Both the position numbers and the translations under genes were made by a program. A DNA stretch of 64,000 bases from Patescibacteria group bacterium (GTDB lineage Bacteria; Patescibacteriota; Minisyncoccia; Phycocordibacterales; PALSA-1337), in contig JANLHG010000014.1 in the NCBI GenBank assembly GCA_024654575.1, positions 24,745-88,744 of the forward strand. Reading direction: 5' to 3'. Of this stretch, positions 18,378-28,874 are shown in pieces; the first letter of the stretch is position 1, and each line of letters opens with the position of its first letter. The notes below the pieces were generated by a model that worked only from the letters and a program-made list of their open reading frames with translations, did no database searches and was not told where the DNA came from.

Positions 18378-20218
18378 CGTTTTATGAAAAATTCCTCATA
18401 CCACACCAAAAATGTGAATATTGCCCATATTTTTCTTGAGTTATTTTTTCCCTTTCGGTGTTCATCTAACAATCTCAGTATTTTTGTTTTATTAAAGTAT
18501 TTTTCAGCAATTTCAGATAGAAAGTGTTTTTTTATAATATTATAGTATTTATCTTCCCGCAACCATTCAACTAATGGTAAAGGGAAAGCCATTTTTTTTC
18601 TATCAGCACTAATTTTGTTAATTTCTTTACCAGCTGCTTCTCGTAAAGCTAATTTGGTATTTTTTTTGTTTACTTTATATTCAACAGGTATCGTGCTTGC
18701 AAGTTTAAATATTTCAATATCTAAAAATGGCACTCTTAGTTCTAATGAATTTGCCATACTCATTTTATCGGCCTTTAACAATATTTCTTGAACCATCCAA
18801 AAATGAATATCTATATATTGCATTTTGGTTATGTCGTCATTATTTTTTACTTTATCGTAAAAAGGTTTAACATAATCTTGAGGAGATTTTGATTTATACT
18901 TATTTTTTAGTACGTTTCCTCTTTCTTTTTCATTGAATAGATTACTATTTCCAATATACCTTTCTTCAATTGTTTTACTTCCCCTTATTATAAAATTTTT
19001 TCCTTTGAAATAAGGTAATGGTTTAACTAGTAAAGCTAGAAATTTTCTTATTGATAAAGGCAATTTTTGGTAATTTTTTAAAGACAATGGTTCTTGGTAG
19101 ACATTGTAACCACCAAACATTTCGTCAGCTCCCTCTCCAGATAAAACAACTTTTACATCTTTTGAAGCTAATTGAGAAACGAAATATAATAAATTTGCAC
19201 TTGGGTTCGCCAAGGGCTCATCAAGATGGTATTGCACGTTTCCAACATTAGAAAAATATTCTTCAGAAGATACTATTTTTGAATAATTTTGGACACTTAT
19301 TTCTTGAGCAAATTTTTTTGCATCATTTGATTCATCGTATAATTTATCATCAAAACCTATTGAATATGTCCGTATTTTTTCTGATTTTGATAGTTCGTAT
19401 GTTACATAACTAGAATCTACTCCACTTGATAAAAAAGTTCCAACCTCCACATCACTTATTTTGTGAGCAGTTACTGATTCGGTAACGGAATTTGAAATAT
19501 GGTCTACAAAATAATCCATATTTTTATCATTTTCTATATTAAATTCTGGTGTAAAATATCGAATTATTTTTAATTCCCCACCTGATGGTGTGTTTCTGTA
19601 TTCAAAATAATGGGCGGGTGGTAATTTATAAACATTTTTGAAAAAAGTCTCATTTCCAGGAACGCAACTAAATGTCAAATAATCTGGTAGTTTTTCTTCA
19701 AATAATTCTTTTTTGAAATCAGGATGAGATAAAAAACCCTTTATTTCTGAGCCAAACATAAAAGTTGAGCCCATTTTTGTGTAATAAAAAGGTTTAATTC
19801 CGAAGAAATCTCTAGCTCCAAATATTTTTTTTTCTTTGTTATCCCAAATTACAAAAGAAAACATTCCCCTTAACTTGCAGAGTAAATTTACACCATACTC
19901 TTCATATCCATGAATTAACACTTCAGAGTCACTTTCTGTGCTAAAAACATGACCTTTTTTGATTAATTCTTGTTTTAAAAATCTATAATTGTATATTTCT
20001 CCGTTAAAAACCAAAACCTTTGTTTTGTCTTCATTAAACATTGGCTGAGAGCCGTTTTTTAAATCAATTATACTTAATCTTCTAAACCCTAGAGATATTT
20101 TATCGTCAATATAAGTATCTTCTGAATCTGGTCCCCTATGAGAAATAGCCTTCAACATGTTTGATAGCACGTTTTTATTATCTTTAGTAGTTCCTGTGTA
20201 TCCTACAAAGCCACACAT
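18374..20218 (-). CDS. asnB: Asparagine synthetase (glutamine-hydrolysing), class II amidotransferase
   Basis: MCGFVGY N-terminal nucleophile start. The ORF-track start MHM is a TTG read as Met two codons upstream, and the true start is the ATG giving Met-Cys. It also has the SGGVDSS PP-loop. Confidence 0.8.
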   Translation of the reverse strand: MCGFVGYTGTTKDNKNVLSNMLKAISHRGPDSEDTYIDDKISLGFRRLSIIDLKNGSQPMFNEDKTKVLVFNGEIYNYRFLKQELIKKGHVFSTESDSEVLIHGYEEYGVNLLCKLRGMFSFVIWDNKEKKIFGARDFFGIKPFYYTKMGSTFMFGSEIKGFLSHPDFKKELFEEKLPDYLTFSCVPGNETFFKNVYKLPPAHYFEYRNTPSGGELKIIRYFTPEFNIENDKNMDYFVDHISNSVTESVTAHKISDVEVGTFLSSGVDSSYVTYELSKSEKIRTYSIGFDDKLYDESNDAKKFAQEISVQNYSKIVSSEEYFSNVGNVQYHLDEPLANPSANLLYFVSQLASKDVKVVLSGEGADEMFGGYNVYQEPLSLKNYQKLPLSIRKFLALLVKPLPYFKGKNFIIRGSKTIEERYIGNSNLFNEKERGNVLKNKYKSKSPQDYVKPFYDKVKNNDDITKMQYIDIHFWMVQEILLKADKMSMANSLELRVPFLDIEIFKLASTIPVEYKVNKKNTKLALREAAGKEINKISADRKKMAFPLPLVEWLREDKYYNIIKKHFLSEIAEKYFNKTKILRLLDEHRKGKNNSRKIWAIFTFLVWYEEFFIKR

Positions 20219-20239
20219 ATGCAATGGAGTATAGCATAT

Positions 20240-20752
20240 TTACACATTAAACCCGATTGACTTTGAAGACTTTGATGGTGTTGCAAGTAATTGTTTAATT
20301 GCATCAAAGACGATACGGAATTGTTGGTCATATTTTTTCTCTAATTTTTCAATCTGTTCTCGAAGTTCTTTGTTTGAAGCGATAAGTTCTCGTATTTTGG
20401 TAAAAGTTCTAATAATTTGAATGTTTACTTGAATTGCGCGTTCGCTGTTTAAAACACTAGAAAGCATAGCGATTCCTTGCTCTGTAAAAGCATAAGGTAA
20501 TTTTCTTAATCCCATTTTATCTGAATTGGAAGTCACAAAATGTGACTTCCAATTCTTAAATTCTTTTAACGACAATTGAAACATAAAGTCAGTTGGAAAT
20601 CTCGCAATGTTTCTTTTTACCGCTTGATTAAGTTTTTTGGTTTCAACTCCGTAAAGTTTAGATAAATCTCTATCAAGCATTACTTTTTTGCCTTTTATAA
20701 AAAAGATTTTATTTTCTATTCTATCTTGAGGTAGTAATACTAGAGATTTCAT
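20240..20752 (-). CDS. ORF6N/KilA-N-like DNA-binding domain protein
   Basis: KGKKVMLDRDLSKLYGVETKKLNQAVKRNIARFPTDFMFQL matches the ORF6N signature. Confidence 0.6.
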   Translation of the reverse strand: MKSLVLLPQDRIENKIFFIKGKKVMLDRDLSKLYGVETKKLNQAVKRNIARFPTDFMFQLSLKEFKNWKSHFVTSNSDKMGLRKLPYAFTEQGIAMLSSVLNSERAIQVNIQIIRTFTKIRELIASNKELREQIEKLEKKYDQQFRIVFDAIKQLLATPSKSSKSIGFNV

Positions 20753-20754
20753 AA

Positions 20755-22317
20755 CTAATTATTAATCTGCTTTGGTCGATATTGTAATGCCTCAGCAATG
20801 TGAGATATTTCAACGTGTTCTTTTTTTGCTAAATCAGCTATGGTGCGAGCTAATTTTATAACACGATGATACGCACGGGCGGAAAGTCCTAATTTTGTCG
20901 CTGAAGCATTCAGTATATCTTTTACATTTTCTGATAAAGGTACCAGTTTTTCCAATTCTCGAGCATTCATCTGACTATTATTAGTAATTTTTCTTTTTAT
21001 ATTTTTGAAACGATTTTCTTGAATTTGCCTAGCTTTTAGAACACGTTCTTTTATTAAATTAGTTTTTTCTCCAACATTTTTAATATCTGATAGTTTTTTG
21101 TGGTCAATTGATCCAACTTCAATCCATAAATCAATACGGTCAATAATTGGGCCAGATATTTTTCGTTGATATCGTGTAAGATTAGATGGTGTACAGGTGC
21201 ATTCCTTATCTTTTACTCCATGATTACCGCAAGGGCAAGGATTCATAGTTGCGATTAAAATAAAATCAGCGGGAAAATGAGCTGAACCTTTAACTCGCGA
21301 AATACTTATGGTTTTATCTTCTAAAGGTTGTCTTAGAGCTTCAATAACTCTTCTGTCAAACTCTGGGAATTCGTCTAAAAAAAGTACTCCTCTGTGGGCT
21401 AAGGTTATTTCTCCTGGTCTTGGTACTGTTCCACCTCCAACTAAAGCGGTATATGAAGCTGTATGATGCGGGGACCGTAGAGGAGGTTCAATAACTAAAT
21501 CATCTACCAATACTCCCGCCACTGAATGTATAGCGGTAGTTTCTAGTATTTCATCAAAACTAAGTGGAGGAAGAATATGACAAAACGCTTTAGCAAGCAT
21601 AGTTTTTCCTGTACCTGGTGGACCATACATCGCTATATTGTGTCCTCCAGCAGCAGCAATTTCTAATCCCCTTTTAGCTGTTTCTTGTCCTTTAATATCG
21701 GAAAAATCAATATTTAATTCTCTATCTTTGTAGTGTATTTGTGTTCGAGGTTGTATTTGTAAAGATATTTTTTGACGAATACTATTATCCTCCATCCTTT
21801 TTTCATTTAAATGATGAATAACATCTATTAAAGTACTAGCTCCGTAGATGGTGATATTTTCAATTAAGGCTGCTTCGCTGGTATTTTCTTTTGGTAAAAA
21901 TATTTCGGTAAATCCACGTTTTTTAGCTTCTTCTACTAACGGAAGAACTCCATCTATGCGACGCAATTCCCCATTAAGTGATAATTCACCTAAAAATATT
22001 TTCTTTTCAGGATTAAATCTTATTTCATTAGAAGCTAATAAGTAGGCTATGGCAATTCCTAGATCAAAACTTGCTCCTTCTTTTTTGATATCAGCTGGAG
22101 CTAGTGATACTACAACTTTTTGATTTTTACTTTTAGGTGAAGCATATCCAGAGTTTTTCACTGCAGCTGATATTCTATCTCTAGCTTCTTCAACACCTTT
22201 ATCGGGAAGTCCTACTATGGAAAAAGCATGAAGTCCTTTAGATAAATCTACTTCAATGGAAACGATATATGCCTTGAGGAGTGTTGTTTGTGCAGTGTAT
22301 ACTTTTGCGAAGCTCAT
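20755..22317 (-). CDS. comM: YifB/ComM-family Mg-chelatase-like AAA+ ATPase
   Basis: Walker A GPPGTGKTMLA, arginine finger and a Cys-rich segment (CPCGNHG...CTC), all typical of ComM. Confidence 0.8.
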   Translation of the reverse strand: MSFAKVYTAQTTLLKAYIVSIEVDLSKGLHAFSIVGLPDKGVEEARDRISAAVKNSGYASPKSKNQKVVVSLAPADIKKEGASFDLGIAIAYLLASNEIRFNPEKKIFLGELSLNGELRRIDGVLPLVEEAKKRGFTEIFLPKENTSEAALIENITIYGASTLIDVIHHLNEKRMEDNSIRQKISLQIQPRTQIHYKDRELNIDFSDIKGQETAKRGLEIAAAGGHNIAMYGPPGTGKTMLAKAFCHILPPLSFDEILETTAIHSVAGVLVDDLVIEPPLRSPHHTASYTALVGGGTVPRPGEITLAHRGVLFLDEFPEFDRRVIEALRQPLEDKTISISRVKGSAHFPADFILIATMNPCPCGNHGVKDKECTCTPSNLTRYQRKISGPIIDRIDLWIEVGSIDHKKLSDIKNVGEKTNLIKERVLKARQIQENRFKNIKRKITNNSQMNARELEKLVPLSENVKDILNASATKLGLSARAYHRVIKLARTIADLAKKEHVEISHIAEALQYRPKQINN

Positions 22318-22320
22318 TTT

Positions 22321-22698
22321 TTAGTGTTTCATATCAGCTATACAAGTAACTGCTGCTGGGTTGGCATCTAAACGCTCAATTTCTATCTGTTTTCCGCACT
22401 TTTCGCATATTCCATACTTATTGTCAGTAATTTTTTGTAAAGCTACCTTTATTTCGTTGAAACGTATCTCAAGTTCTTTCAAAATAGCACTATTGTCTTC
22501 GTAGGCCTCAATATTGTCAGCTGTTATATTTTCATCAGCATCATCTTCTTTATCTTTTGGTGGATTCGCTTCCCAATCGGCAGGATTAGAAGGATTTATA
22601 TGTCCAACACTCTTTAATTCGTCTGTAACGATTTTTAATTCATTTTCGAGTAACTTTTTGTATTTATTAGTGTCTATTTCTATCATAAGAACAATCAT
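22321..22698 (-). CDS. DksA/TraR-family C4 zinc-finger protein
   Basis: C-terminal CEKCGKQIEIERLDANPAAVTCIADMKH. Confidence 0.55.
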   Translation of the reverse strand: MIVLMIEIDTNKYKKLLENELKIVTDELKSVGHINPSNPADWEANPPKDKEDDADENITADNIEAYEDNSAILKELEIRFNEIKVALQKITDNKYGICEKCGKQIEIERLDANPAAVTCIADMKH

Positions 22699-22728
22699 AA
22701 CAGATGATAATCCAAATGCAAATGTGGT

Positions 22729-23598
22729 TTATTGTACAAATTTTTTATTTGTAATTCTATTCAATATTTCTTTGAGAGTGAACTCATTAGTGGTTATCAA
22801 GAGAGTTTCTTTATCAAGAAAGGTATAAAGAAGGGTGATACGGTCATATTGGTTGGTAAGGGCACGTACATCTTTATTCTTAATAACTAAGTCTATAAAA
22901 GGTTTACTTGTTGCTAGGATGTCTGGGGTTGGTTGAGCTGTGGTGGAAAATATTACGCTCAGATCGTTTGCTAATGTAGCTTCCCACTTCAACATTCCAG
23001 CAAAAGCACTTTGATATAGATTAGTTTTAAAAATAATAAAAGGATTATTTCCATTAAAACTATGTATACCAAACATAAAATCTGGCTCAAGAGTTCGTAC
23101 ATACTGGTCTGGAGCGTCTGTTTGTAAGAGTGATAAGAATTCTTGTGCTGATATTAATTTTTTTGCATCTCCTTCTCCTTTAGTTATATAAAGATTGGCG
23201 ATTGAATTCTCAGGAATTGAGAGATTGTTCGTTTCAGAGTTTATTGTTTCAATAGTCACTTCTTTGTCAATATCTGAAACTATTATATTTGGTACTACAG
23301 TTTTATTTATTACGATAACTTTTGATTTTGGAACGTAATAAAATTCATAAATTGCGTATAGTCCACTCACTACAAGTATTAAACTTATGAAAAACAAAGA
23401 TATATTTTTTAATAAAGGAGAGGGTGGAATTGGTGATGTTAAATCATTTTTTTCTTTTTTAATTTTTTCTGCTATAGCTATTTTTGTCACGGATACATTT
23501 TTACTTTTAATAGTATCAGCAACATCGCTTTCATATGTGCGAAGAGGTCTCTGGAAAGGATAACTTACATTTTTTTCTTCTATTTTTTGTTCATCCAT
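22729..23598 (-). CDS. Hypothetical single-pass membrane protein
   Basis: Central TM helix ISLFFISLILVVSGLYAIY. No motif. Confidence 0.35.
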   Translation of the reverse strand: MDEQKIEEKNVSYPFQRPLRTYESDVADTIKSKNVSVTKIAIAEKIKKEKNDLTSPIPPSPLLKNISLFFISLILVVSGLYAIYEFYYVPKSKVIVINKTVVPNIIVSDIDKEVTIETINSETNNLSIPENSIANLYITKGEGDAKKLISAQEFLSLLQTDAPDQYVRTLEPDFMFGIHSFNGNNPFIIFKTNLYQSAFAGMLKWEATLANDLSVIFSTTAQPTPDILATSKPFIDLVIKNKDVRALTNQYDRITLLYTFLDKETLLITTNEFTLKEILNRITNKKFVQ

Positions 23599-25438
23599 AT
23601 GATTTATATTTTTGAAGCAATTTTGCGATCTCTTCTAATGCTCGTTTAGCATTACCGTTTTTACCAGTAATAAGCATTGTACCGTCTTTTTCAATATCTA
23701 TTGATTCTGCTCCACTTTTTTCTTTAATTCCGTTTATAACTTTTCCTCCAGGACCTATAATAAAACCTATCTGCTCAACTTTTATCTTTACATTTATAAT
23801 TTCTGGAGCTTTTGGAGAAATTGTTTTTCGTACCTCAGGAATTTCCTTCAAAATAACATCAATAATTTTTTGTCTGGCAATTTTAGCTTTTTCGAGTGCT
23901 TCTGGAAAAATATGTAAAGGAATTCCATCTACTTTTACATCCATTTGGATAGCGGTAATACCATCTTTTGTTCCAGCAACTTTAAAATCCATATCTCCAT
24001 AATGATCTTCTGGTCCTTGAATATCTGTAAGTATTTTATATTCTTTCTCATTTCTCATCATAAGTCCAGAAGCAATACCTGCTACTGCTTTTTTAATCGG
24101 TACTCCCCCGTCCATTAGGGCTAAAGTTGAAGCACAGACGGAACCCATTGATGTTGAACCATTTGATGAAAGTGCCTCTGATACTATGCGTATAGTATAA
24201 GGGAATTTATCTTTGTCGGGTAATATTGGCTCAAGAGCTTTTTCTGCAAGAGCTCCGTGACCAATCATTCGTCTGTTTGTCCCGCCCGTTTTTCCAGTTT
24301 CTCCTGTAGAAAATGGTGGAAAATTATAATGATGCATAAATCTTTTTTTATGTTGTCCTTCTATTCCTTCAATAATTTGTGAATCTTCTGGACCTCCAAG
24401 TGTTAATGCTGAAAGGATATGAGTCTGACCACGATAAAATATCCCTGAACCATGAAGTATTGGTGAAATACCACCTGCTTGAGCGTAAAGAGGTCTTATT
24501 TCGTCTATTCCTCTTCCATCTACACGTTTGTTTTCGTTAATTGCTAGATTGTGAACGATTTTATCCACATTTTCATCAAAGTAATTTTCAGTTAAATATT
24601 TATTTTCATCTGGTAATTTATCTTTCACTAATTTAAGCCATTGATCTTTAAGTAAATCGATATTTTCAAGATTTATCTGAATGTTTTCTTTGAAAAGATT
24701 GATAATTTCTTGAGATATCTCTGGTTTTGTTATTTTAATTTTTTCTTTTCCAATTTCTAAAATAATCTTTTTTTGAAAATCTTGTATTTTTTCAAGTTCT
24801 TCCGAAGCGAATATTAAAGCTTCATTTATTATATTTTCTTGAGTTTCATTTCCACCAAGTTCTATCATGTTTATTTTTTTATCTTTTCCGCATGCTATCA
24901 ATTCAAATTCGGAGTTTAAATTTTCTCTGTACGAAAATGTTGGATTAATTATTAAATCATTAATTTCTTTTAATTTACCTATACGAATAGCACTGACAGG
25001 TCCATTCCAAGGAATATCTGAAGTACCAAGAGCTAATGAAACTCCTATTACAGACAAGATGTCTGGGTCGTCTTCATCAAGTGATAAAACTGTGATTATA
25101 GCTTGTACCTCATTTCTTATCCACTGATCAAAAAGTGGTCTTATTGTACGATCAACAATTCGGCCAGATAATATAGCGAGGTCGGAAGGTTTCCCTTCTC
25201 TTCGAACAAACCTACTGCCTAAAATTTGCCCTGATGCATAAAATTTTTCCTCATAATCAACAGTTAAGGGAAAGAAATCTCCTCCTTCTCTAGTTTCTTT
25301 TGATATAACAACCGTGGCGAGTATGACGGTATTCCCATATGTTACTAAGACAGAGCCATTTGCTTGTTCCGCTAAATCATTAAATTCTGCTGTTAATACT
25401 TTTCCCCCAATTTCAATAGAAAAGACTTTCTTTTTCAT
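23591..25438 (-). CDS. pnp: Polyribonucleotide nucleotidyltransferase (PNPase), apparently without a C-terminal S1 domain
   Basis: Two RNase PH-like cores and a C-terminal KH (IGFIIGPGGKVINGI). At 615 aa it is shorter than typical PNPase. Confidence 0.8.
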   Translation of the reverse strand: MKKKVFSIEIGGKVLTAEFNDLAEQANGSVLVTYGNTVILATVVISKETREGGDFFPLTVDYEEKFYASGQILGSRFVRREGKPSDLAILSGRIVDRTIRPLFDQWIRNEVQAIITVLSLDEDDPDILSVIGVSLALGTSDIPWNGPVSAIRIGKLKEINDLIINPTFSYRENLNSEFELIACGKDKKINMIELGGNETQENIINEALIFASEELEKIQDFQKKIILEIGKEKIKITKPEISQEIINLFKENIQINLENIDLLKDQWLKLVKDKLPDENKYLTENYFDENVDKIVHNLAINENKRVDGRGIDEIRPLYAQAGGISPILHGSGIFYRGQTHILSALTLGGPEDSQIIEGIEGQHKKRFMHHYNFPPFSTGETGKTGGTNRRMIGHGALAEKALEPILPDKDKFPYTIRIVSEALSSNGSTSMGSVCASTLALMDGGVPIKKAVAGIASGLMMRNEKEYKILTDIQGPEDHYGDMDFKVAGTKDGITAIQMDVKVDGIPLHIFPEALEKAKIARQKIIDVILKEIPEVRKTISPKAPEIINVKIKVEQIGFIIGPGGKVINGIKEKSGAESIDIEKDGTMLITGKNGNAKRALEEIAKLLQKYKSYG

Positions 25439-25471
25439 AATGCTATAAGTGTAGCATAAAAAAATAAGAAA

Positions 25472-26017
25472 TTATTCCACTATTTTTACTTTTCGTTCTC
25501 TTTGTTGAGTACCACCCAGTAGATATTTTCTAGGATTATTATCAAGGTCAATGAAATCGTCGGCTGCTTCTATGAGTTTTGATGAAGTTGATTTACCAAA
25601 AGAAATAACTTCCACCTGACAACCTTCGTTTATTTTTAAATATTCTACAAGAGGTATAAAATCGCCGTCACCCGTAATTAAAATCACCGTATCAAGCTTT
25701 GGAGCTAATTTTATGGCATCAACTGCTAGTCCTACATCCCAATCAGCTTTTTTTGAGCCACTAGAGAAAATTTGTAAGTTTTTTGTTTTTGTTTCAATAC
25801 CCATCTTAAGAAGAGCTTCAAAAAATGCTTTTTCATCCCCTGCTTCAGTGGTAATTACATAAGCTACTGCACGAATTAACGCTCTTCCAGCTACAGCATC
25901 TTTAACTATTTGACCAAAATTTACTCGAGCGTTATATAAATTTCTTGCACAATGATAAAGGTTTTGAGTGTCTATAAAAATTCCTACTCTCTGCTCCTTA
26001 TGTTTAATGACTGACAT
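25472..26017 (-). CDS. NYN/LabA-like domain protein
   Basis: VGIFIDTQNLY ... ITGDGDF is the NYN/LabA signature. Inserted between rpsO and pnp. Confidence 0.65.
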   Translation of the reverse strand: MSVIKHKEQRVGIFIDTQNLYHCARNLYNARVNFGQIVKDAVAGRALIRAVAYVITTEAGDEKAFFEALLKMGIETKTKNLQIFSSGSKKADWDVGLAVDAIKLAPKLDTVILITGDGDFIPLVEYLKINEGCQVEVISFGKSTSSKLIEAADDFIDLDNNPRKYLLGGTQQRERKVKIVE

Positions 26018-26020
26018 TTA

Positions 26021-26290
26021 TTATTTTTGTTTAAGTTCAAGTTTTTTAGTAATAGCCATGTATCTTTTTGGATTTTTCTTTTTTAAATATTTTAAATGAG
26101 TTTGTCGGTTAGCAACCATAGACAATAATCCACGTCTAGAATGATTATCTTTTGCGTGTTTTTTAAGATGTTTTGAAAGTTCGTCGATTTGTTTTGTAAG
26201 TATAGAAATCTGCACTTCTGGAGAGCCAGTATCTTTGGGATGAATGGCTACTTCCTTCATAACTCTCTGTTTTTTTAATTTTGTTAACAT
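26021..26290 (-). CDS. rpsO: 30S ribosomal protein S15
   Basis: 89-aa canonical S15 (GSPEVQISILTKQIDELSKHLKKHAKDNHSRRGLL). Confidence 0.88.
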   Translation of the reverse strand: MLTKLKKQRVMKEVAIHPKDTGSPEVQISILTKQIDELSKHLKKHAKDNHSRRGLLSMVANRQTHLKYLKKKNPKRYMAITKKLELKQK

Positions 26291-26351
26291 TGCCTAATTA
26301 CATTAGCACGAAAGGTTAATAAATGCAAATTGCTTGTGATATAATAATCTT

Positions 26352-27242
26352 ATGTCGCACAATATCTTAGACTTAAAAATGCAGTTTTTGGAATACGTAG
26401 AAATTGAAAAAGGTCGTAGTTTGAACACTATACGCAATTATGATCATTATTTAACTCGTTTTATAGAATATTCTAAAATATCTCAACCAAAACAAATCAA
26501 TGAAAATCTCATTAGAGACTACAGATTATGGTTAAATAGGCAGAAAGGAGAAGAAAGTTTTTTGAAGAAAAAAACTCAAAATTATTATCTAATCGCTCTT
26601 CGTTCTTTTTTAAAGTATTTAACTAGACGCGGTATAGTATCTCTTTCTTCTGAGTATATTGAGTTAGCAAAAGTCCCGGAACGATCGCTTGACCTTATAT
26701 CTATGGATGAATTATCTAGACTGATGAAAGCAACAGATGGCGATGACTTAAAAAGCTTGCGAGATAAGGCCATATTGGAATTATTATTTTCTACAGGATT
26801 ACGAGTATCGGAATTATGTTCTTTACCTAGAGAATTAAACTTAAAATCAGATGAAATATCTATTCGTGGTAAGGGGGAAAAAGTTAGGGTAGTTTTTTTA
26901 TCAGATGATGCTAAGCAATCTGTTAAAAAATATCTTGATAAAAGAAAAGATATGGATGACGCTCTTTTTGTTCAAATGAGAACAGCTTCTAGGCTTACTT
27001 CTCGTTCAATTGAGAGAATTATAAAATATTACGCAATTAAGGCTGGAATTTCAAAAAAAGTTACACCCCACATTATTCGTCACAGTTTTGCTACTGACTT
27101 ACTTAGAAATGGTGCTGATTTACGTTCAGTTCAAATGCTTTTAGGTCATGCTAATATAGGGACAACTCAAATTTACACCCATATTACCGATAAAGAATTA
27201 CGAAATGTGCATAAGAAATTTCACAATAAGTCTTCTACTTGA
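26352..27242 (+). CDS. Tyrosine site-specific recombinase XerC/XerD-like
   Basis: C-terminal catalytic box HIIRHSFATDLLRNGADLRSVQMLLGHANIGTTQIYTH. Confidence 0.8.
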   Translation: MSHNILDLKMQFLEYVEIEKGRSLNTIRNYDHYLTRFIEYSKISQPKQINENLIRDYRLWLNRQKGEESFLKKKTQNYYLIALRSFLKYLTRRGIVSLSSEYIELAKVPERSLDLISMDELSRLMKATDGDDLKSLRDKAILELLFSTGLRVSELCSLPRELNLKSDEISIRGKGEKVRVVFLSDDAKQSVKKYLDKRKDMDDALFVQMRTASRLTSRSIERIIKYYAIKAGISKKVTPHIIRHSFATDLLRNGADLRSVQMLLGHANIGTTQIYTHITDKELRNVHKKFHNKSST

Positions 27243-27787
27243 CCCACGAGACCTGTTGCCTCTCCTTGAAAACCAGTAACATTACCAATTAAACCACTGA
27301 CATCTCCTTCTATATTGGTTACAGTTCCATTGATATTACTTATATCTCCCTTTAAGTCGGTCACATTTCCTTCAATATTCTCAACATTTCCCTTTATATT
27401 ACTTATATTTCCCATAAGATCACTAACATCTCCACTAATATTAGAAACATCTCCCCTTATATCGGTTACACTTCCAGTTATATTACTAACATTCCCTACT
27501 ATTCCAGATAAGTCACCTGTAATTTTAGTTATATCGCCTTTTATATTAGTTAAATCTCCACGAATATGAGTTACATCTCCACTAGTATTAGAAACATCTC
27601 CTAATATCCCAGATATATCACCTTTAATTTTACTCGTATCTCCAGTAATTTTGTGCATACTGACATCTCCATAAATATTAGTCACATTTCCTCTTAAATA
27701 TTTAAAATCACCCCAAATGTTGTTATGAAGCCCAGTTACATACTCAGTATTCTTTTTTGTGTGTTCACGAATGTATGAAATAGTCAT
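27221..27787 (-). CDS. Heptapeptide-repeat protein (about 23 tandem 7-aa units, consensus I-x-G-D/N-V/I-S/T-x)
   Basis: 21-bp periodicity is visible in the DNA from about 27260 to 27700. The 188-aa ORF has no signal peptide. Its 3' end is convergent with xerC and overlaps it by 22 nt. Confidence 0.45.
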   Translation of the reverse strand: MTISYIREHTKKNTEYVTGLHNNIWGDFKYLRGNVTNIYGDVSMHKITGDTSKIKGDISGILGDVSNTSGDVTHIRGDLTNIKGDITKITGDLSGIVGNVSNITGSVTDIRGDVSNISGDVSDLMGNISNIKGNVENIEGNVTDLKGDISNINGTVTNIEGDVSGLIGNVTGFQGEATGLVGQVEDLL

Positions 27788-27802
27788 GATATGATTATAT
27801 CA

Positions 27803-28601
<799 letters not shown>

Positions 28602-28874
28602 GTTATCCACAGAATGTCCTTTACATGTCTTTTATGACGAGTATAATAAAGGACAGATTAGTGAGATTTTGTAACCGAGGCAAAAATCACACAGTGTTCT
28701 TTGAGATCTTGTAGTTCTCTCTTAGGAAAACCATTGTATTTTTTGAGTTTGGGAAACATTTTTCTTCACTATTTTATTTTTTTGAGATATATTGTTTTCT
28801 CTTCCTCTAATCATCAAAAGGTTATTCCTCTATAAAACCGCTTATTTGCACACTTAACCTCGCAAATCGGCGGT

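Noticed and set aside
27315-27569. 84-aa plus-strand ORF across the 21-bp repeat tract
   Set aside because: The minus-strand frame is longer (188 aa), has a start codon upstream of the repeats and reads as a regular heptapeptide repeat. The plus-strand reading is treated as its shadow, though this is not proven.
28602-28874. 273-bp non-coding gap between xth and cca as a possible small RNA
   Set aside because: It contains a hairpin (28838..28873) that serves as the cca terminator. No conserved ncRNA motif (SRP, 6S, RNase P, tmRNA) was recognisable by eye, so it is left unannotated.
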